Shown piece by piece: positions 49,644-60,337 of a stretch of DNA of 64,000 nucleotides. The stretch is from a virus (lineage: Duplodnaviria > Caudoviricetes): the IMG/VR virus record IMGVR_UViG_2721755344_000002, positions 32,001-96,000 of that record, one strand, 5' to 3'. Under the pieces are notes generated by a model. The model was not told the DNA's origin, did no database searches, and worked only from the letters and a program-made list of their open reading frames with translations. Every line of letters begins with the position of its first letter. Position 1 is the stretch's first letter. Both the position numbers and the translations under genes were made by a program.

Positions 49644-50046
49644 AGTCTTTCGGCAACATCCTCTATTCTTTCGCCTTCAGCTCTTGGATGAGCAGATAAA
49701 TACAGAACACAAGACGAGCAAACGAAATCTTTATCATAACTAACCACTTGTTGGTCTTTCTTAGACGGTGGTTTCTTACACAGCAGACATAATCCTTCGA
49801 TATTTTCCGACTTTTTTCTTTTCATTAATCGCTCCTTCCAGTCAATAGATTAAGCCACCTCGCACTTTTTCAATTTCTCTTTCGTGCAAAATCAATTCAA
49901 TATCTCTCTCATAATTCCTTAAATAATTAACCCGATCTTCAGCTCCCCTTAGCGCTCTTCCGATTCGATCAAGCCTTTTTCTCAGAGTAGGTGTTCCTGC
50001 CTTTCTTAGTACTTTCATTCTTTGCTGAGGATTCATTTTTACCTCC

Positions 50047-50814
50047 TTAAATATGCAAATCACATCCTACTGCTAAATGCCCTTTATACTTATTATAGAT
50101 AAAGAGCGCCATTTCTTTCCAATCCTTCCCATCTTTTTCATCAGACACTAATGCCCACCATCCCATCTTCCCCTTTTCGTGCCATTTTCCATCTGGAGTG
50201 ACGATTGCAAAAGGAATAATCTGATTTTCAAATAAAAAATCTGTAATATCACAGTTGTTGGACACTTCTTCGTGGTCATTCGCAAAATTGAAGCCTCCGT
50301 CTGAGCTCGGGCGGCTTTCATTTTTAATGTCTCCGTCCCATCTTCCTCCCACTCTCCAATAATCCCATTTCGAGTCCGGATTGTACTCGGTTCTTACTAT
50401 TCCTGTCCCTTTACAGTCGCTACAATCTGGAATTGGAGACTTCTTCAAAGTTGCTAGCAATTCACGCTCTAGCTTATCTCTATCATCCAAAACTTCTCTT
50501 TGCCACAATCTGCGACGCTCTTCTTCCAACTCATTGTCAAATTCGCCAGGAAGGTGCGACTCTACTGAATGAAACTCTGGATGCGCTTCTCTAAATCGCT
50601 CTCGAGCAGAATCAAAAGTCCCGAACTCTTTATTTAGCTGTTCTTGAATGTCTTTCACAATTTCAGATCGAATACAATAACACTCCTGCTCGTAAGAAGG
50701 AACTTGAAGTGACTCGTCAAATGGAGCTAGTAACTTTTCAACAGAAGAATATAATTTTGAATTTGGAGTCTCTTTTGGCAATATGATAACAGTAAAAAAG
50801 TGTGACAATTTCAT
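50047..50814 (-). CDS. conserved phage hypothetical protein
   Basis: SHF, YNPDSKWDYWRVGGRW, TPDGKWHEKG.MGWW, DLHI. Confidence 0.75.
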   Translation of the reverse strand: MKLSHFFTVIILPKETPNSKLYSSVEKLLAPFDESLQVPSYEQECYCIRSEIVKDIQEQLNKEFGTFDSARERFREAHPEFHSVESHLPGEFDNELEEERRRLWQREVLDDRDKLERELLATLKKSPIPDCSDCKGTGIVRTEYNPDSKWDYWRVGGRWDGDIKNESRPSSDGGFNFANDHEEVSNNCDITDFLFENQIIPFAIVTPDGKWHEKGKMGWWALVSDEKDGKDWKEMALFIYNKYKGHLAVGCDLHI

Positions 50815-50837
50815 CCTCCATTCATTACATATAATAT

Positions 50838-50866
50838 ATTATACCAAATAAAAATCATCTTGTCAA
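50838..50866 (-). promoter_or_regulatory. sigma70-type promoter
   Basis: TTGACA-17-TATAAT. Confidence 0.85.
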
Positions 50867-50977
50867 GTTCTTTTGCATTCAAAAACAAAAAGTCCAGCAT
50901 ATTTCATCCGGAGTTTGAAATTTAACTCCCTGCGATGATGTTTGTGCAATCCAAAGATATACTATCATCATTTTCTT

Positions 50978-51904
50978 CTACTCCTTTCTCATACAAATAA
51001 TATCTTCCCAATCTATCTTTGGAGCCCCTTGCTTCTCTACCAATCTTCTAAAAAAGCTCTTTCGCTGTTTAACCTTATCCTCCCCAATCCATATAGATTG
51101 AGCTACTCCTACCATCGTAGCTAGATGCCTGCATACTAAAATAAAACCAATATCTTCACACAAAGCAAGCCACGTATCGCTAAATGGTACTCGTTGCCCT
51201 TTTCTAACATAATCTTTAGTATTCCAAATAGCATACCCTCCAGGCTTGAGCAGTTCGTAACACTGCTCTAATATAACCCTTGCACCACTCCAAAAAGCAT
51301 CGCCTTTCTCGTTGCCTAAATTTTTACTTGAAGCTTCCGCATATTGAAAGTTTGTAACCTTTTTGCCTGCAAGCTTATCTCTACCCACAATTCCGTAATC
51401 TCCGTGCCCGCTTGCAGACGACTCATATGGAGGGCTACTTATGCATATATCTATTTTCCCGCTCACATATTTTTTCAACTCCATAGAATTACCAGCCATA
51501 AGAACAGCTAAGTTTTTCTTCCACTCCAACATCCCTTCCCACAATAAAATATTTTGCTTACCTATATTTGCAAAATTCTCCTCGAGCTCAATCCCTACCC
51601 AAAACACATCCTGAATCATCGCATCCAAACCTCCAAGAGCAATACCTCCAAACGGATCTATTACCCTTGAATTTCTTGCTAACCACCCGTTTTCTATTGC
51701 GTGAGCGTAGATCCTCTGTATCACTCCCCTAGCAAATTTAGCAGGGTGATCGTCAACAATAAGACCCCTCCAATTTTGATTAAAACATTCTTCCCATTTA
51801 TCGGGATAACTGCTCTCTACCAAAACGTCTCCCTTTGTTGCTAATCCAAAGCAAATGAGTTCCGTCGGATCGTCTCGTTCGACTCCTGAAAGTCGTGATA
51901 TCAA
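50978..51904 (-). CDS. amino-DNA methyltransferase (paralog of 13428-14480)
   Basis: HPAKF, IDPFGG, GIELE, SSPPY, KSFFRRL.EK.GAP.IDWED. Confidence 0.85.
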   Translation of the reverse strand: MISRLSGVERDDPTELICFGLATKGDVLVESSYPDKWEECFNQNWRGLIVDDHPAKFARGVIQRIYAHAIENGWLARNSRVIDPFGGIALGGLDAMIQDVFWVGIELEENFANIGKQNILLWEGMLEWKKNLAVLMAGNSMELKKYVSGKIDICISSPPYESSASGHGDYGIVGRDKLAGKKVTNFQYAEASSKNLGNEKGDAFWSGARVILEQCYELLKPGGYAIWNTKDYVRKGQRVPFSDTWLALCEDIGFILVCRHLATMVGVAQSIWIGEDKVKQRKSFFRRLVEKQGAPKIDWEDIICMRKE

Positions 51905-52553
51905 TTTCCCTTAGTCCTCGATCATAAGCCAGTAAAAGCCTCCCAGCGAGTTTGACAATCTGGTTGCCCTCTAATTTAAAACCTACGGTCTCCTGATTAA
52001 ATAAGATACTATCAGCTCTGGGGTAAACTTTAGTACATCTCAAGTCTCTGTTCAATTCTTTTCTGGATTCCTTTGTCATAACATCCTCCTTAATTTAATA
52101 ATAAATATCACTTCACGATTAGTTCACGCTTACACCAACGACATTTAAATCGAGTTACATATTCGTCTAAACCAGCCCCCCGAATCGTTATTCGGCAATA
52201 TGGGCAAGTATAAATACTATTTGTTGTTTCTAATTTTTCAAACCTAATCTTAATTTTATTAGACTTTCTCATAATTTCTTATAGCTAATCATACGAAGCG
52301 CCGATCCGGCCGTTAATAGTCAACAATCCAATCCTGTTTGTGAAATTTAAGGGCTACCGCCTTTAATTCTTGTAACTCCTTATCCGACAGGCTTATTGTG
52401 TATGTTCTGATGATTTGTCCATTCTCAACACCAGACCACGGGTAGCGAGGATTAAAACCATTCTCGATCCTTTTTACGAGCTCACTTAATTTCATGTTTA
52501 CGCTCCATTTTGGATGATAGGCATGAATTCTATACTATATATTAGACTTTCTC

Positions 52554-52582
52554 ATTATACCAAATAAAAACTATCTTGTCAA
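52554..52582 (-). promoter_or_regulatory. sigma70-type promoter (near-duplicate of 50838-50866)
   Basis: TTGACA-17-TATAAT. Confidence 0.85.
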
Positions 52583-52583
52583 G

Positions 52584-52892
52584 TCACTTTTGTTCCAACA
52601 AACTTAGAACTCCAGCAGCAGAATAATTGATTACATCCAACAGCTCATTTATAATATCGTTAACTGGATACTTCTCTTTATCCATCTTCATAGCCTGTTC
52701 TAATTTTTTTCCCGATTGGAATAACGGGCCCCCAATACCAAAAACCTTAGTCCCTCTTACTATCCATTGTTCCTCAAATGATTCTCCGTGCGAATGATGT
52801 TGATGTCCTTTTCCAACAGCTGCTCTCTCATAAGCGAGTCCTAGTATATCTACTAATTTTTGATATTTTGGGTCTATCTTTTCAAAAGCCAC
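52584..52892 (-). CDS. conserved phage helical protein, possibly all-alpha NTP-pyrophosphatase-like
   Basis: A..GKG..HH...F.EQ...KK..Q...ELLDVINY; GTG start with AAGGAG RBS. Confidence 0.5.
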   Translation of the reverse strand: MAFEKIDPKYQKLVDILGLAYERAAVGKGHQHHSHGESFEEQWIVRGTKVFGIGGPLFQSGKKLEQAMKMDKEKYPVNDIINELLDVINYSAAGVLSLLEQK

Positions 52893-53192
52893 TTTATACT
52901 CCTTTTCTCGGTTTCCGAAACATGCAACCGCAAGCCGCAAATCTATCCCATCTAATATTCTTACCGATATGCCCCCTTCCGTAACAACTTGAACAATTCT
53001 TCGCTGGAAGACGGTCGATAGGAACAAATCCTCCTTTACTCATATCTGTATCAAAATCTTCTTTGGTGTCATAAGATTTTATTTCACCATTTAAAGAATT
53101 AAAAGTCCATTTCTTTTCCGTTGTTACATTACTAACAACTTCTTTCAATTCCTCTTCTTTTTCTGGCGTTAAATTATTAAGTGGATTAGGCA

Positions 53193-53654
53193 CTACCATA
53201 ATTTTCCCTCCTTAACCAGAGTGGGAATATGATATATTCCTGGCTCAATTAATTCCATTTGAATAACATAATCTATCCCCGCATTAATAATCAATCTTGC
53301 ACAATTATTGCACGGAAAATCTCCCATCCCAACATTATATTTTGTCCCGTTAAACCGTCTGTTGTGCGAGTTAATGTACATCGTAGCTCCCAAACACCCT
53401 TCCCTACCGCCTGCCTGGACAATAGCATTAACTTCCGCATGGACCGCGTTGCACTTCTCATAACCAACTCCGGGCGGATCGTCTTCTCTTTTACATGGGT
53501 TACAATGAGGAACTCCTCTCGCAGGCCCGTTGTACCCTACACCAATAATCATATCATTCTTTACTATCACAGCTCCAAAATGACTCCGCAAACAACTTGA
53601 AGCCCTTGAAGCTTCTTTAGCCAAATTTAGATAATATTCAGTTTTATTTTTCAT
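53193..53654 (-). CDS. dCMP deaminase family protein
   Basis: GAVIV, GYNG, HAEVNAI, PCNNC. Confidence 0.9.
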   Translation of the reverse strand: MKNKTEYYLNLAKEASRASSCLRSHFGAVIVKNDMIIGVGYNGPARGVPHCNPCKREDDPPGVGYEKCNAVHAEVNAIVQAGGREGCLGATMYINSHNRRFNGTKYNVGMGDFPCNNCARLIINAGIDYVIQMELIEPGIYHIPTLVKEGKLW

Positions 53655-53783
53655 CCTTCATCCTCTCTACGTCAACGGAACCTCCAGCAAAATCTAATGA
53701 ATCAAAAATAAATTCTTTCAGCCACTTTTCCTCGACTTCTTCTGATTCAAATTCTTGGTCTACCCATAAATCAACAATAAATT

Positions 53784-53996
53784 TCATAACGAGCTCATTC
53801 TGCTGTATGCTCTCATATTCCAAGATTCGACCGCTGCGGATTTGGGATACCACCTCATAGTCATTATTCCGCATCTTCGATTAGAGCATCGAACTTGATA
53901 CAAAGTATCTTTTTTTCCTGTTACCAACTTCGGATGAGATACATTTAGTTTAGCAACCGATCCGCAAAATGGACAGAACATTAAATTAAGCTTCAT
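53784..53996 (-). CDS. Lar family restriction-alleviation-like Zn finger
   Basis: L..CPFCG...VRC...CG...A..SWNMR. Confidence 0.7.
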   Translation of the reverse strand: MKLNLMFCPFCGSVAKLNVSHPKLVTGKKDTLYQVRCSNRRCGIMTMRWYPKSAAVESWNMRAYSRMSSL

Positions 53997-54441
53997 TACT
54001 TACCTCTAACCTAAATAAACGTTTATGTTGTTCTCCTCTTTTTAGAGGAATATAAGGATTTAATTCTTTCATCCACTTTCTAGGCATCCTTCGCACAGTA
54101 GCCAATATTTTTTTCTCGGCATCTTTTTGAACAAAGATTTTCCATTGGGGTTTATAAGCAAACGAAGACATAGACTTACGTTCCTCAAAATAAATCGTCT
54201 CTGTTAAATTATAAGTTTTTATTAAAGTTCGGTGTGATTTCCTCCACCAAAAAGTTGTATGCACTAAAAGAGGTTCTTTCAACTCTTTGATGTATTTCTC
54301 TACATCTATCCATCCTCCCTTAACTACAAAAGGATCTCCTTTTGGCGTATAACAAAAGGCAATAGTAAAAGGACTCATAGGTTGATTTGAACCCCACAAA
54401 TTAGGAGTAGGTTGATAGGCAAAAACAATCTCTTTAAGCAT
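53986..54441 (-). CDS. hypothetical protein with C-terminal RLFRL
   Basis: 151-aa ORF; ends HKRLFRLEVSNEA. Confidence 0.65.
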   Translation of the reverse strand: MLKEIVFAYQPTPNLWGSNQPMSPFTIAFCYTPKGDPFVVKGGWIDVEKYIKELKEPLLVHTTFWWRKSHRTLIKTYNLTETIYFEERKSMSSFAYKPQWKIFVQKDAEKKILATVRRMPRKWMKELNPYIPLKRGEQHKRLFRLEVSNEA

Positions 54442-54813
54442 CCAAAGTCCTCATATTCTTAATCCATTTAGTAGGAATACAAAGAACTCCACTTACTTCG
54501 AGTTCATCTCTTCCCCCATCTTTTTGATAAAAGTCCCTACATAATACAATTTGATCTTCCGTCTGAGATAAAAGTCTCCCCACACTCCTTACCGTACTAT
54601 CATCATACGAACAAGCATCCAACCATTCAACCTCGACAACAAGTGTCTTTTCCATAAATTAATACTGCAGGTGAGAGAAAGGAAAATTTATGCGCTTCTA
54701 ATTGTAAGTTATCACTTTCTCCCGGAAAGACTTTTGCTTTACGCACTATAAAGCTGGTAAAGTAGTGTTTGCCAGCATCACACTTCCTTCTTTTACCCGC
54801 ATATCCTTTTATT

Positions 54814-55389
54814 TTATTCAGAATCATCTTTCTTTTCAATTAACGGAGGCTCTAAACCTCGGTCTCTTCTCTTTTGAAGAATCAAAGCATCAATATCTTG
54901 AACAACATCTCCACCACCCATATTAAAAAATTGGTTAATATTTGTAGGCTGTAAACCGCCTGCTTTCATATTACCATACATCTTGATTACTCTATCAATG
55001 GCTTTATCTCTTTGCTCAATATTTGCAGACTCCATATCAAAATCTATTTTAGAAAGAGCTTTGATAAACAAATATCCCAGCATCTTCTCACTCTCAGAAA
55101 ACCTCTCGGATATTATTCTGCGAATTTCCTCGTGAACCAATTTGTTAGTCCGAAGAATGTGATAAACTCTCTTGACATTTATTCTTAAATCTCTAGCGAT
55201 AATGCCAGGTGGATATCCTCTGGAAGCGTATTCAGCTATCATCTGGTATCTCAAACTCAATACACCTTTTCGACCAAGTTTAATTCTATTACTATGATCC
55301 TGCTCCGCATTTTCAATATCTTGATGTTTATCTTCGTCTATTTCAGCTTCAGCTTCGTCTATTTCAGCTTCGATTACGTCTTCTTCCAT
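54814..55389 (-). CDS. HTH protein, possible terminase small subunit
   Basis: acidic N-terminus, HTH-like IARDLRINVKRVYHIL, helical middle, TNINQFFN tail. Confidence 0.45.
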   Translation of the reverse strand: MEEDVIEAEIDEAEAEIDEDKHQDIENAEQDHSNRIKLGRKGVLSLRYQMIAEYASRGYPPGIIARDLRINVKRVYHILRTNKLVHEEIRRIISERFSESEKMLGYLFIKALSKIDFDMESANIEQRDKAIDRVIKMYGNMKAGGLQPTNINQFFNMGGGDVVQDIDALILQKRRDRGLEPPLIEKKDDSE

Positions 55390-56594
55390 TACATCTCCTT
55401 CGCTTTCTCCAAAATTTTTCTAATATTAAATAAATTATTCTTCCAAACATCAAAATCTAGTCCGTCTCCGAGTTGGGTGAGCAGCCTCCATTCGCTTATG
55501 TTAAGCTCTTTCTCTATCTCTTCTACTATTTGCTCTAATTGTTGAACGGTTAAAAATTTACTATACCTAGAAATCAAATCATCACAAAAGCTTGGCATAC
55601 CTGATCTACGGCCGAAAGAATATCTAATAGTTGACAATAACATAACCCACAAGTCTAATTTACCAACAAGACAAGTCTTGTCAGCCCCGGTCTGAATCGC
55701 TATTCTTCTAGCCTGACTTTTTGATTTAATTGGCAATTCTAATCTTTCAGCCTCCCTCCAATATTTTATAAATATCTTGTCCCAACTCCCATATTTTCTC
55801 GTTTAGTATCTCTACCTCTTTTTCCAACTCTCTCACCTTTTTCAGTAATACTCTAATATGCCCTCCACTTTCATCTGTTTCGGTTTCGACAGTCATCTTT
55901 AATCTCCATCCGAAATTCTAATCTTTCTTAGATATTTACGAAACCTGCCCTCTCCGAAAAAAATTGTGGGAGATGTTACTTCTCGATATGCAGGAGCACC
56001 TAAATTATATAAGAATTGAGGATCTGATGTAGCACAAGCTTCACAATAAAAAATAAATCCATTTCTGGTTCCAAATTTAGCAGAAACTTTAAGTCGGTTG
56101 GCCCCCATAAAAATATAATTATTGCATTTCCTACAATGAGACCTACTAGACTTAGCCTTTTCCCATACAAGATTATTCATCTGTTCCCCCCGCTCGGTCT
56201 TCCCTGTTTCTAAAAGTTATTCTTCATCCTTTAAAAATCCCATATCTCGTTTAATGTCAATAAAAGTTGCCATATCTCTCATCGAATGGATATCAAGTTG
56301 CCCTTTCTTATAATAGCACGTGCAAACTCCCACAGGGTCTAAAGAATCTAATCTCAAACCATATATTTCAGCGCACTTAACAAATTTCTTATCAAACTTT
56401 GTCATTATTCCTACAAAATGTCCGCAGTCCTTGCACAAACCAAATTCGGCAAAATCGGAGACTTCTCCAGCAGACCTGAAACTAGTTTCCAAATTCTCTG
56501 CTTCTGCAATTATTCTACTGGCTTCCTTATCCTTTTCTTCTCCAAGAAAACTACGCACTTGAACCTCCATTCTTATATAACACCTTCGCAAAAT

Positions 56595-56870
56595 TTATTC
56601 GCAACTTTCAAACACGTGGAACACCAGATTTCCTCCTGACATCAAAAACGATCCTATGTAATGATATCCCCCAAAATTACCAACATTATTCGGCAATTCT
56701 ACTCCTGTAGGAAAAACACTAAAATGCCTAGTTTCTTTCTCTTGGGAGGGGTCAACCAAAAACCAAATTTGAGCTACCTCTTTTTGGTTCCCAACAAATA
56801 GCGGAACACCTCCTTTGGGAATTTGCAAGTAACACTCTGGACTTAACGTATATTTCAATATTTTTTTCAT
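56595..56870 (-). CDS. conserved phage hypothetical protein
   Basis: KILKY.L, V..Q...IW..VD, TG, YIGS...VFHVFE. Confidence 0.7.
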   Translation of the reverse strand: MKKILKYTLSPECYLQIPKGGVPLFVGNQKEVAQIWFLVDPSQEKETRHFSVFPTGVELPNNVGNFGGYHYIGSFLMSGGNLVFHVFESCE

Positions 56871-57498
56871 TGCCCTTCCTCAGCTTGCAACCCGCGGGGA
56901 TGATATGGCTTTCCCATTATGGAAAGAGTTTCTCTCCATTGAAACTCGTCCAAACATTTACTTGAACAAACTTTGCAGTTTCTCCCCATCTGGTTGGGTA
57001 TTTCTACAAGCATTTTATGTCCGCAAACATTACAATACAATTCCTGTTTCGACCACATTTCATTCCTTTCTTGGATATGTTCCGATGTAAACAAAAACAT
57101 CTATGGCTTTTTCGCCACATTTAGTACATTTCACAAATCGGGTCAATCGAATAAGATTCTCCAACTGAGTCAAAATCTCTTCGCCTTCATTCTCAAAATT
57201 GTGATCGCATTCCGCCATCTACTCTAATAATTTCCTGCACATTTTTCTTGCTTCAATCAAAAAAACAGAGTCGTTTTCTGGCTGTTGTAAATATACCCAC
57301 AATTCTTTAATACCGCCCCGCAATTTTTTTATAGTGTCTTTATACGTTTCTTTGACTATCTTTCTTTTTGCCATAATCTCCTAAAGTTTTTTTTCCCTTC
57401 TTTCTTTTGGCTTCTTTTTGCTTATCAAGGTGAACTTTCGCAAACTGCTCAGCCCAAAAATCTGCCCTGTCCTTTTTTCTTTTCATATTATTGAGAAT

Positions 57499-57527
57499 AG
57501 TATAACATAAATAGAAAGGAATGTCAA
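57499..57527 (-). promoter_or_regulatory. sigma70-type promoter
   Basis: TTGACA-17-TATACT. Confidence 0.75.
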
Positions 57528-57528
57528 G

Positions 57529-59022
57529 CTAAAGAGTACAAGTTCCATCTTCGCATTTAGTAGAGACTAAAACCCCGTCAATAGATTTATCTCTAAAAAC
57601 GGTTATCCCCTTTGCTCCCATTTTCCATGCTTGAAGATAAATATTCCTAATATCTTCCACACCAATATCATAAGGAACATTTACTGTTTTACTAACTCCA
57701 GCATCTACAAATTTTTGAAATTCAGCTTGAATCTTGATATGCCACTCGGGGCTTACTTGGTGGGCGGTCCTGCAAAACTCGGATTTGTAAATATCTCTTG
57801 TTTCTTTAATTATTCCAACTGTTATATGTCTTTCAAAACTGGTATCAAATACGGGCTCAATCCCGGAAGAGCAATCAGCAAGTATGCTCAAACTGCCTGT
57901 AGGAGCGATGGACCTTTTATAAAAAGAATCCCCTCCAACTTCATCAGAAGCTTCTACATAAGGTTTAGCTAATTTACGTATAAACTCAAGACAATCTTCA
58001 GAGTCATATTTTATACCCAACATAATCAGAGTATCTGCGAATCCCATTATCCCAACCCCAAACGGAGACAACTCTTGCATTACTCTTCCGATTTGAGGAA
58101 TAGGATAATAATTAATAAGATTAACATTTAATAATGCCCTACTTCCAATCTTAACAACATCAAAAAATCTAGCAAAATCAAAATTATCCCCATCAACAAA
58201 TTTACTAATATTTATACTTCCAAGAGTACAGGCTCCCCAATCTGGGAGGGGGACTTCTCCACACGGATTTGTTGCCGTAATTTTTATCTCTGGAAATCTC
58301 CTATTATCTTTATTAATTCTGTCATAAAAAAGAAGTCCAGGATCCCCACTAACCCATGCTCCCAAAGTAATTAAATCAAATATATCTTTGGATTTCAAAC
58401 TCCCATATTTTTTTCCTTCGTGGATCAAATCTACATATACCCCGCCATTTTCGAGAGAAGACATAAATTCATCTGTTACAAGTACAGAAAGATTGAAATT
58501 GGTAAGAGTTCTTGTAAGTTTTGACCTACAAAAATCAAGTATATCAGGATGATTATAGTTAAGAACACTCATAGCGGCTCCTCTCCTAAATCCACCCTGT
58601 TTAACAATTTCTGTCACCCTGTCAAAAAGATTCATAAAGGAAGTAGAGCCACTACTAGTTCCCCCCGAAGATAGAGGCGCATCTTTTGGTCTTAAAGCAC
58701 TAAAATTGAACCCGCAACCTCCCCCTCTCTGAAATATTACAGCCATATTTCTAATAGCATCAAAGATACTGTGAATTGAATCTTCAATAGGCAATACAAA
58801 ACAAGCACTTAATAAACCCTTTTTTCTTCCAGCATTTCTAATGGTAGGACTGTTCGGAAAAAATATTCCATCCGAAAATAGTTCCAGTAATTTATTCTCA
58901 AATTTATCATCTTTTATACTAATAGCTTTTGCTACTCTCTTTAAAACCCCTTCCGATGACTCCGCCTTATCTTTGTGCGCGTACCTATTTTGTATCAACA
59001 ATGAAGCATTACTACTTAACAT
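57529..59022 (-). CDS. nrdJ: class II (AdoCbl-dependent) ribonucleotide reductase, compact
   Basis: PNSPT, SACFV, RRGA, TNPCGE, CTLGSIN, APTGS, SKTVN, KGITVFRD, C-terminal CxxxxC; no C-terminal YY pair and no nrdB adjacent. Confidence 0.88.
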   Translation of the reverse strand: MLSSNASLLIQNRYAHKDKAESSEGVLKRVAKAISIKDDKFENKLLELFSDGIFFPNSPTIRNAGRKKGLLSACFVLPIEDSIHSIFDAIRNMAVIFQRGGGCGFNFSALRPKDAPLSSGGTSSGSTSFMNLFDRVTEIVKQGGFRRGAAMSVLNYNHPDILDFCRSKLTRTLTNFNLSVLVTDEFMSSLENGGVYVDLIHEGKKYGSLKSKDIFDLITLGAWVSGDPGLLFYDRINKDNRRFPEIKITATNPCGEVPLPDWGACTLGSINISKFVDGDNFDFARFFDVVKIGSRALLNVNLINYYPIPQIGRVMQELSPFGVGIMGFADTLIMLGIKYDSEDCLEFIRKLAKPYVEASDEVGGDSFYKRSIAPTGSLSILADCSSGIEPVFDTSFERHITVGIIKETRDIYKSEFCRTAHQVSPEWHIKIQAEFQKFVDAGVSKTVNVPYDIGVEDIRNIYLQAWKMGAKGITVFRDKSIDGVLVSTKCEDGTCTL

Positions 59023-59386
59023 ATTTCTCCTTTGCGGGTAAAACCCTATATTAAGATAGATTGAATTTTCTTGTTCTTTTGTGAATTAAACTACCTGGAT
59101 ATGGTAACTTATGCTGGGAATACCACGCTTCAGAGAGGCTAATAAAGTTATTTTCATTCTCAATAGCTTGTAAAAAAATTTTTTGGAGTTCTTCGTATGC
59201 TCTCGTTCCGTAAACTCGTGAACCGCAGTCCTCGTCTTTACAAGTAAAATTAGAAGTATAAAGTTCCTTACCACAAACAAAACAATGAGTTAGACCACTT
59301 TTCTTTCCATTAATTCTTATCATTATCATACATTGACCATCTACCTATTCATTTATATAAGTCGCTATTTTTCGCTAAAAAATATA

Positions 59387-59616
59387 TTGGGATGCAGGTG
59401 GATTTTATAAAGCTGAACGTAACAACAAAAGAACTATCCATTACAGTTCTACAACGGAGTGCGACTAGACTTGCGAGGTTACAGCAACGACAACAAAGGC
59501 TCAGCCGGAATCGAGACTCCCCAAAAATAGTCGCCGCCAACATAGTACAGCTCCAGATATTTCTATCTCCACTTTTCCGATGTCTAAGCAAAGCTAACAA
59601 CATCGTAGCATCCCAA
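59387..59616 (-). ncRNA. putative about 230-nt multi-stem ncRNA
   Basis: closing stem TTGGGATGC/GCATCCCAA; internal CGATGT/ACATCG, AGATA/TATCT, GCGACTA/TAGTCGC, AGAACT/AGTTCT. Confidence 0.55.
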
Positions 59617-59623
59617 ATTTTTG

Positions 59624-59908
59624 CTAAAGCGGTTTTAAAATATCTTTTGCATCAGCTTCAAAAACGATTTCTGTTTTGGCATTGCTCTCCTTAATAGCCG
59701 AACCTGCCATGAACAGGAAATTCTCGTATTCGCTAATGCGCTTGTCAATCTCTTTTGGGTCGTACTGGGGACTGGTTTCTTTTACGAAGTCTCCAGAAAT
59801 CCTATCCGACCATCTTTCCCTAATAGATTGATCTTTTTGGAGACCCTTATACCTTCCTATCCTCTCCCGAACTACCTTCATCATCTCCAATAACTGATTT
59901 ACTGTCAT
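59624..59908 (-). CDS. coiled-coil protein resembling the DIP1984/septicolysin-like family
   Basis: L..MK..RER, YDPKEID..I, AIKESNAKT.I; GGAGGTG RBS before ATG 59908. Confidence 0.5.
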   Translation of the reverse strand: MTVNQLLEMMKVVRERIGRYKGLQKDQSIRERWSDRISGDFVKETSPQYDPKEIDKRISEYENFLFMAGSAIKESNAKTEIVFEADAKDILKPL

Positions 59909-60337
59909 CCGAATCACCTCCAATCTTTTTAAAGCATTCTTTGCAGAGCAAAGTTGGAAATATAACATTTCTAACTCTAATTTCCTTAACCTCTGACATA
60001 CGATTCAGTTTATTACATTCAGAACACCTAAAAAATTCAATTATGTCTTCTTCGATATAACCCATTCAAACCTCTTTCTCTCCAAGAATCAATCCTTTAG
60101 CCCTCATCTCATCATATTGTTTAATCTGAAGTTTGACTTGCTCCAATTCTAGTTCGGAAATAATTCTCCTATCAATCAATAGCGATCGCAAAGCAATAAA
60201 CTCTCTTTGGATAGTCCCCATTTTATCCATCAAATCGTTCAGGATAACTACAAGCTGGTCTATATTTTGCTTGTTCTGCGTCTCAGCTATTAATAGTCTT
60301 TCCTGCCTCGACCTCTTCATACTTCTTGCATCAGCTC

